A DNA stretch of 64,000 nt. Origin: Vicinamibacterales bacterium. GTDB lineage: Bacteria; Acidobacteriota; Vicinamibacteria; Vicinamibacterales; JAMQPK01. The notes beneath the pieces were generated by a model that was not told the origin of the DNA, did not search any database, and saw only the letters and a list, made by a program, of their open reading frames with translations. The DNA is taken from positions 29,122 through 93,121 of the forward strand of contig DATEEI010000106.1 in NCBI GenBank assembly GCA_035281225.1, written 5' to 3'. The position numbers and the translations under genes were made by a program. Positions 58,318 to 64,000 of this stretch are shown here, piece by piece. Each line of letters opens with the position of its first letter. Position 1 is the stretch's first letter.

Positions 58318-59376
58318 ATGACCTCCTCGGATCCGCGCTCCGGGCGCACCGTGTTTGTCACCGGCGGCGCAGGGTTTCTGGGCATCAACCTCATACGGTA
58401 TCTGCTCGACAAAGGCGACGCCATTGTGTCGTTCGATATTGCCGCCTTCGACTATCCTGAGCGGGACCGCATCAGGGCCATCACGGGAGACATCAGGGCC
58501 CCCGACGTGCTGCGCCGTGCCATGCATGGCTGCGATGTCGTCGTCCACTGCGCGGCCGCCCTGCCTTCGTATACCACCGACGCGATCATGTCGACCGAGG
58601 TTGCGGGGACGAGGAACGTTCTGCAGGCCGCGTTCGACAACGGTATTTCGCGGGTCGTTCACATCTCCTCAACGGCCGTGTACGGGACGAAGGCCTCGGG
58701 CGCGACCGAGGGCAGCGAGATCGAAATCATCGGACCCTATGCCGAAGCGAAAGTACTGGCCGAGAACGAGTGTGCTCCGTTCCGCGACCAAGGGATGTGC
58801 GTGCCGGTTCTGAGGCCCAAGACATTTGTCGGCCCGGAGCGGCTCGGCGTGTGGTCGATTCTGTATGACTGGGCGCACGCCGGCAGCGGTTTTCCGCTCA
58901 TCGGCCGCGGCGACAACCACTATCAGCTCCTAGATGTCGACGATCTCTGCGACGCGATCCACGCGACGCTGGTAGACGAGCCAGCGAAGGTGAACACGGT
59001 GTTCAACGTCGGTGCGAAGGAATTCGGCACGATGCGCGAAGATTTTCAGGCCGTGCTCGATCATGCCGGCCACGGGCGCAAAGTGCGATCGCTGCCCGCC
59101 GGCCCCATCATCGCCGTGCTCAAGCTGCTGGAAGCGTTGAAGCTGTCACCCGTCTACGAGTGGGTGTACGAAACGGCGGTGGTGGACTCTTGGGTGTCGA
59201 CCGAACGGGCGGAGACGGTGCTGGGCTTCCGGCCACGATATTCCAATCGGGAGGCCTTGATCAGGAACTACGAGTGGTACGTCAGCCACCTGTCGAGCTT
59301 CCAACAGACGACCGGCATTTCGCACAGGACCCCGTGGAACCAGGGTCTGATTGGGCTGGGGAAGAAGATTTTCTAG
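58318..59376 (+). CDS. NAD-dependent epimerase/dehydratase (extended SDR)
   Basis: VFVTGGAGFLGINL Rossmann motif and catalytic YAEAK (YxxxK). Confidence 0.85.
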   Translation: MTSSDPRSGRTVFVTGGAGFLGINLIRYLLDKGDAIVSFDIAAFDYPERDRIRAITGDIRAPDVLRRAMHGCDVVVHCAAALPSYTTDAIMSTEVAGTRNVLQAAFDNGISRVVHISSTAVYGTKASGATEGSEIEIIGPYAEAKVLAENECAPFRDQGMCVPVLRPKTFVGPERLGVWSILYDWAHAGSGFPLIGRGDNHYQLLDVDDLCDAIHATLVDEPAKVNTVFNVGAKEFGTMREDFQAVLDHAGHGRKVRSLPAGPIIAVLKLLEALKLSPVYEWVYETAVVDSWVSTERAETVLGFRPRYSNREALIRNYEWYVSHLSSFQQTTGISHRTPWNQGLIGLGKKIF

Positions 59377-59390
59377 CCGAACGGGCGAAA

Positions 59391-59441
59391 CGACGGCATC
59401 GGGAAATTGCACCGCTGGGCGCAATCCTCCCGATGTCGTCG
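59391..59441. terminator. Long imperfect hairpin between convergent genes (CGACGGCATCGGGA...TCCCGATGTCGTCG with an inner ATTGC/GCAAT stem)
   Basis: About 20 paired positions, read directly. Confidence 0.45.
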
Positions 59442-59453
59442 CATCACTGAGAC

Positions 59454-60542
59454 TTACTTCGGCGGGCCCGGGTAGACCTTGAAGTTTCGGTAAATCCCTT
59501 CGAGCGTTTCTTGCCGCGAGCGCGTGCCGATCGAGATTCGATGGTTCGGCGGCGAGTAGGAGCGCGAAAAGGAACCGTTGAACCACACCTGGTTGCCGGT
59601 CACCGAACCGTCCGGCTGCACCTCTCCGACCGAAACTTCGTAACTGCGCGGAGACCAGGTTACCGTGAAGTGGAACACACCGGACTGACGCCAGTTGATC
59701 GTCGTCGGGTCGATCTTCTCATCGTGATCGCCTGGTTCGCCATCGCCATTCCTGCCGTTCCGCCAGATGAGCTTCATGCCAGTGCCGTTGCCATCGCCGC
59801 GCTGCTCCAGATGCATCTTCCAGACGTGGTTGCGGAAGGTGCCGAACGCGCCCCATGTGGTGCCATCGCCCATCGACAGCCACTTCAGGTCCTTGCTGAT
59901 GCCGCGACCTTCACCTTTGCCGAAACCGGTGACATCGAACTCGACCGTGCACGAATTGCACGTCGGGATGTCGTAATCGATCCCGTCGGATTGGCCGTTC
60001 GCCTTCCAGCCCTGTCCAGGGATGAACGTTCCACCGTATCGCGTGCCGACCGTCTGACCGTTGGTCAGTAAATCGTTGATTTCCTGGCCGCGCTGAAAGC
60101 TTCCTCTCAACGTCAGGAACGACTCGCGCGACGACCACGGACCGAGATCGCCGTCGAGCTCGGCCCTGACCTGCCAGGTATACCGCTTATCGAACTCGAG
60201 GGTCGAGGTCGGTGTCCAGCTCGGAGACGAGCGGAGGCCGGAATCCTGCACCAGCGCGTTTGCCTCATTGAACAACTGAAACCGGTACTGCGGCGTGATC
60301 GTTGCGCCCTCAGTCGGCTGTGCGGCGCTCGCGTTCAACGTGGGCGTGGTAAATGTTTCCAGTCGAACGTCGCTCACCGGAGCAAGCGGCGTCGGCGCGG
60401 TAATCTTCAATGTCGCACCCGCGGGCGGCGTGACAGGCGTCGCCGTCGGCACGGTTGGTGTCAGCGGTTCGGATTTCGAACAGCCGAACGCGAGCGCGAA
60501 AAGTACGAGACTGCAAGCTGCGGGCAAGAACCTGTGATGCAT
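59454..60542 (-). CDS. Lipoprotein family member P3
   Basis: Signal/lipobox LFALAFGC, linker EPLTPTVPTATPVTPP, an FN3-like domain, and a C-terminal domain close to P2. Start at ATG 60542. Confidence 0.55.
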   Translation of the reverse strand: MHHRFLPAACSLVLFALAFGCSKSEPLTPTVPTATPVTPPAGATLKITAPTPLAPVSDVRLETFTTPTLNASAAQPTEGATITPQYRFQLFNEANALVQDSGLRSSPSWTPTSTLEFDKRYTWQVRAELDGDLGPWSSRESFLTLRGSFQRGQEINDLLTNGQTVGTRYGGTFIPGQGWKANGQSDGIDYDIPTCNSCTVEFDVTGFGKGEGRGISKDLKWLSMGDGTTWGAFGTFRNHVWKMHLEQRGDGNGTGMKLIWRNGRNGDGEPGDHDEKIDPTTINWRQSGVFHFTVTWSPRSYEVSVGEVQPDGSVTGNQVWFNGSFSRSYSPPNHRISIGTRSRQETLEGIYRNFKVYPGPPK

Positions 60543-60766
60543 GTACGGCTCCCTGATGTTCGTGAAAGCGATTCTGGTGTGCGGGTACGACGTTCGCCGA
60601 ACGTCGCGTTTGATGATAACGGTCGGATCACGCGCTGTAAACTCAAAAATCACGGCATCTCAAAACGATTTTGCCGCGGCCTATCCATGTTACGATGTCG
60701 ACCGACAACTGGAACGCAATCCCAATTTCCTATATGACGTCACGTCAACCGACTCGAGGACATTCG

Positions 60767-61504
60767 ATGAACAAAACGATGATCCCCGCGGCCCTGGCTG
60801 CATTGCTCTGCGTCGTGGTCAGCTCGACCGCGGCGGCCCAGACTCAAGATCCCACGACATTCTTCCTCGACATCAATGCCGGCGGACAAACGCAGTCGCG
60901 TTCGTTCGAGACCACCACGAGCTTTCCGCTTCACGGCGAGACCGCAGTAATTAATACCGCGCAAGGCGTCTCCGGTGGAGGCATCTTCGATCTCAGCGTG
61001 GGGTATCGCTTCATGCGGAACTTCGCCGTCGGCCTCGGCGTCACGACGTTCAGCGACACCGGCGATGCATCGGTCGCCGCCTCCATTCCGAGTCCAGCGG
61101 CATTCAACCGGCCCGCCAGCGTGTCGACGTCGATGAGCGACCTTAAACACCGTGAAGTCGCCACACACCTGATGCTCGTCTACACGCGCCTGGTTCCCGC
61201 GATGGTCGTTCCCGGCAACCTCGAGGTCGCACTCAACGTTGGACCGTCGTTCTTCAATGTCAGTCAGGACCTCGTGACCGCCGCGGTCCCGACCGGTACA
61301 CAAAACCTCAACCTTAGTACCCACCGCGAACGGGCGACGGCCGTCGGCGCGAATATCGGGGTCAACGTCAACTACCTTCTGCGACCCAACTACGGAGCCG
61401 GTGTCTTCCTCAGATACGCCGGCGCATCGGCCGACTTCGACACCGCCGGCAAGCTGAAAGTCGGCGGGCTGCAGCTCGGCATCGGCCTGCGCCTGCGCTA
61501 CTGA
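60767..61504 (+). CDS. Outer-membrane beta-barrel protein
   Basis: Signal peptide MNKTMIPAALAALLCVVVSSTAAAQ, alternating beta-strand pattern, and C-terminal GLQLGIGLRLRY. Confidence 0.6.
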   Translation: MNKTMIPAALAALLCVVVSSTAAAQTQDPTTFFLDINAGGQTQSRSFETTTSFPLHGETAVINTAQGVSGGGIFDLSVGYRFMRNFAVGLGVTTFSDTGDASVAASIPSPAAFNRPASVSTSMSDLKHREVATHLMLVYTRLVPAMVVPGNLEVALNVGPSFFNVSQDLVTAAVPTGTQNLNLSTHRERATAVGANIGVNVNYLLRPNYGAGVFLRYAGASADFDTAGKLKVGGLQLGIGLRLRY

Positions 61505-61510
61505 GCCTGC

Positions 61511-62710
61511 TTACGGCAGGCTCGGATCGATCGCCGGCACATAGCGATCGGACTCGACGAAGCACTCGAGGTCGTTTTTGTCGAAACATTGTTGCCAGGA
61601 TGCAGCGTTCGAACCACCCGGACCTGCGTCGGACAGCACCTTCGCGAGGTTGCCATTCGGCAGCATGATTCGGCTGATCGACAAGCTTTTGCCGCGCCAC
61701 GTGATGATGTTCTCGCCGCCTGGCTTGAGCAGAAGGCCGTAGCCCTTGCCGCGAAGCAACCAGGCCACCCGCTTGGTGATATCGAACGCATTCTCAAGTG
61801 TGCTCTGGCGGTAGACGGCATTTCGCACGCACTCCACGATGGCTTTGCCAGGAGTCGAGCCACACGCGGTCCAATCGCCGTTCCCCGATGGGGGAGGAGC
61901 TGGGCCGCCTGGCTCTGGGCCTGGCGCGGGAGCCGGAGCCGCCGGCGTCCTGAAGGTCTGCACGGACGACCAGTTGCTCTGATCGATGCCGTCGGAGTTG
62001 TGCACGGCGCGCGCGCGCCAGTAGTACAGCTTGCCGTAAAGGAAAGAGTAACCCTGATCAATCCGCGTCTCAGGCCACGTTTCTTTTTGAATGAATGTCG
62101 CGGCGATGGACGAGAACGACGAATTGTTCGAGATCTGAACGGTGTACTCGAGCTCGGTTCTCACGCCGCTTCGATTGCCGGCTTTGATTTTGAACTCCGG
62201 GGTCAGGTCGGAAACTGTTGACCCATTTGCTGGCGAAGAGAGCGCGGGAGGACCCAGCACCACGTCGGCGAGCACGGTGAAGCTCTTCGGGGCAGCATAA
62301 GGACCGCTATTCGCGCCATCTTCGGCTCGAGTGCGCCACCAATAAGTACCTGCCGCAAGCTTGTCCGGCAGCTGAAACCGCGTGACGCCGCCGCTGTCGG
62401 GCTCAAGACCGGTGCGGGCAAACACGATGTTCTTGAAATCGGCATCTGTGGCGATGTCGAACGAGTACTTCAGCGGACGCACGCCGCTGGTACTGGCATT
62501 CTGAAAGAGCATCTTCAGGGGCTGGTCTGGTGCTCGCAGCTGCCAGTCCTGGCCAGGTTCGAGGATGTTTGGCGTCGAGATAACGACCCCTTCAATCGGC
62601 CCACCGACGGCGGGGCTTAGAGGATTCGCGCTCTTCTCTACTTGACACGCAGCAACCATCGCTGCGGCCATTCCGACAGCTAGTAGGCGAACAAACGGGG
62701 CATTCTTCAT
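61511..62710 (-). CDS. Lipoprotein family member P4 (two FN3-like repeats plus a distinct Cys-containing C-terminal domain)
   Basis: Lipobox MVAAC. Two repeats ending YWWRTRAEDG...FTV and YYWRARAVHN...WSSVQTFRT. Pro-rich linker TPAAPAPAPGPEPGGPAPPPSG. Start at ATG 62710. Confidence 0.5.
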   Translation of the reverse strand: MKNAPFVRLLAVGMAAAMVAACQVEKSANPLSPAVGGPIEGVVISTPNILEPGQDWQLRAPDQPLKMLFQNASTSGVRPLKYSFDIATDADFKNIVFARTGLEPDSGGVTRFQLPDKLAAGTYWWRTRAEDGANSGPYAAPKSFTVLADVVLGPPALSSPANGSTVSDLTPEFKIKAGNRSGVRTELEYTVQISNNSSFSSIAATFIQKETWPETRIDQGYSFLYGKLYYWRARAVHNSDGIDQSNWSSVQTFRTPAAPAPAPGPEPGGPAPPPSGNGDWTACGSTPGKAIVECVRNAVYRQSTLENAFDITKRVAWLLRGKGYGLLLKPGGENIITWRGKSLSISRIMLPNGNLAKVLSDAGPGGSNAASWQQCFDKNDLECFVESDRYVPAIDPSLP

Positions 62711-62903
62711 ATAGGGATCCCTGTACAAAAACCCATCACGGCCGAAAACGTGCTTCGGCACACGAGGGAGCTGGCCATACCTTGGCCTCAAGATGCTTAT
62801 CGGAACAATGGAGCCGTTGATTTACGGTTAGAGCTGGGAACCCTAGACCGCGCTACTGGAAGGTGCAAGTAGAGTACCGCGAGGGCATGTACCTGTCAAG
62901 GCC

Positions 62904-63905
62904 TCATTTAGGGGATCGCACGTCGCAACGTCGCCCAGAAAACGTACCTGCAATAACGAAAACCGCACCAGGGATATTACCAACGACCTGAAGCGCGACG
63001 AACAGCACCGAGAGCGCAAACGCTTCGTGCCCGGTGGTCCCTACTCGACTGAAAAACCAGATGAACGCGGCTTGTGACGTGCCGATGCCGTTGACCGTCA
63101 CTGGTAAGAGCATCACGAGCATGATCAGCGGCACGAACGCGAAGTAGGCCATCAGTGGCACTGACAGTCCGATGGCCGCACCGAGATAGTAGGCCTGGAG
63201 AATACGCAACACCTGAACAGCGACCGATGCGGCGAGGACGTTCCAGAGCGCTCCACGGTGCTGGCCGTACCGACGAAGCGCGGCGAGCACGGACAACGGG
63301 GCGCGGCGAACCCAGTTCCATGTCACTCGCCCGAGCAGCTTCTCAGCCATCGTCTCAGCGGCACTGGAGAAGATCAGAACAGACGCAATCGCGCAGGCCA
63401 GACCGGTCGCCGCCAAACCCACCTGAATGGCGCGGTCCGAGGCGAGCCCGTCGGCGAGCGACAGGCCCAGCAGGGCCATGAGAAACAGGGACAGGACGCC
63501 GAGCATTCGGTCGACAAAGACCGATGCGCTCGCAGCGGCTAACGGCACCCCGTGATTCGACAGGCTGTACGCGCGAACGGCATCGCCACCAATGCTCGCG
63601 GGCAGAAAGGTGCCGACAAAGGTGCTGACAAAGAAGATTCTCAGGATGGCGCCAAATGAGGGCAGACGTTCACGATCGAGCGGACGCAGCAGCACGAACC
63701 AGCGGCGTGCCATCAGCGCTCGGTCGATCAGGACAAGCGCCGTCACGAGGACGAGCGGCGGCCACCGCACCGTGGCAAACACCCGGGCCACGGCCAGCGG
63801 CTCGGCCTTGACGAGCAGGTACGCCAGCAGCGCGACGGCGAAGGTGAGCCGCAAGCCGGCGCTGAGACGAAACCCGGTGCGGGGCACAAACGTCCCCGGA
63901 CTCAC
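62904..63905 (-). CDS. UPF0104 / lysyl-PG-synthase-TM-region-like 'flippase-like' membrane protein
   Basis: Eight TM segments, with RRWFVLLRPL and GTFLPASIGGDAVRAYSL motifs typical of this family. The GTG start overlaps the upstream stop (GTGA). Confidence 0.6.
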   Translation of the reverse strand: MSPGTFVPRTGFRLSAGLRLTFAVALLAYLLVKAEPLAVARVFATVRWPPLVLVTALVLIDRALMARRWFVLLRPLDRERLPSFGAILRIFFVSTFVGTFLPASIGGDAVRAYSLSNHGVPLAAASASVFVDRMLGVLSLFLMALLGLSLADGLASDRAIQVGLAATGLACAIASVLIFSSAAETMAEKLLGRVTWNWVRRAPLSVLAALRRYGQHRGALWNVLAASVAVQVLRILQAYYLGAAIGLSVPLMAYFAFVPLIMLVMLLPVTVNGIGTSQAAFIWFFSRVGTTGHEAFALSVLFVALQVVGNIPGAVFVIAGTFSGRRCDVRSPK

Positions 63906-64000
63906 CGCGTCGTAGGCAGCGTTTCGAGATGCCGGCCGCGATCGTGTTTAACTTTGTACGCGCGCTGCAGGAATTTGACGTACGGCACGACTTGCTTCAT
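63902..64000 (-). CDS. 3' end of an ORF running off the window edge (unknown product)
   Basis: An open frame ...KQVVPYVKFLQRAYKVKHDRGRHLETLPTTR* ends at 63902 and is translationally coupled to the next gene. It cannot be identified from 32 codons. Confidence 0.25.
   Translation of the reverse strand: MKQVVPYVKFLQRAYKVKHDRGRHLETLPTTR

Noticed and set aside
60586-60602. Perfect palindrome GACGTTCG-C-CGAACGTC upstream of lipoprotein gene P3.
   Set aside because: It may be an operator, but it is a single occurrence. No matching site lies upstream of the paralogous P1/P2 or P4 genes, so it cannot be supported as regulatory from this window alone.

Overview
GC-rich bacterial chromosomal window. 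Gene content, a PEP-CTERM protein and REP-like GGC-TTTA-GCC hairpins suggest an Acidobacteriota-like soil bacterium, but that is inference only. I found no transposase, integrase, CRISPR array, rRNA or obvious prophage. Positions 1-30 kb are mostly housekeeping. They hold a CbpA-type J-protein, TerC, an S4/Hsp15-like protein and a giant (2819 aa) cyclic beta-1,2-glucan synthase. Next come a tandemly duplicated module of small OM beta-barrels plus small anchored proteins, tRNA-Phe(GAA) and a PEP-CTERM CHRD protein. These are followed by a PAP2 phosphatase, recA, a YdjM-like hydrolase, thiolase, a DUF721 protein and maf. A complete but atypically organised System I cytochrome c maturation cluster follows (ccmE, a ccmF-ccmH fusion, an extra zinc-ribbon protein, ccmABCD). 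The block ends with a metallophosphoesterase, aroK, aroA, an RsbW-like ATPase and an IMPase. Positions 30-64 kb are a dense cell-envelope accessory region. It holds about four GT-C/ArnT/PMT-like polytopic membrane proteins, two polyprenol-phosphate-type GT2 enzymes, a DedA/YqaA protein and a UPF0104 flippase-like protein. It also holds a tightly coupled six-gene operon built around a VTC - DUF4956 - CotH(+FGE domain) triad, together with an LtaS-like transferase and an HYR/SGNH lipoprotein. Further genes are a B12-binding radical SAM enzyme, a radical SAM/SPASM enzyme, an SDR epimerase, a PHP phosphoesterase and a SAM methyltransferase. Four paralogous lipoproteins with Pro/Thr-rich linkers are also present. 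The most interesting candidates are the VTC-DUF4956-CotH/FGE operon and the lipoprotein-family/GT39/radical-SAM operon, which may be a protein or lipid glycosylation system. Also notable are the Cys-type CcmE variant, in-frame REP-like hairpin insertions inside a glycosyltransferase gene, and an exact 17-bp repeat bracketing the tRNA-Phe region. All functional calls rest on motif recognition by eye. No database search was run.
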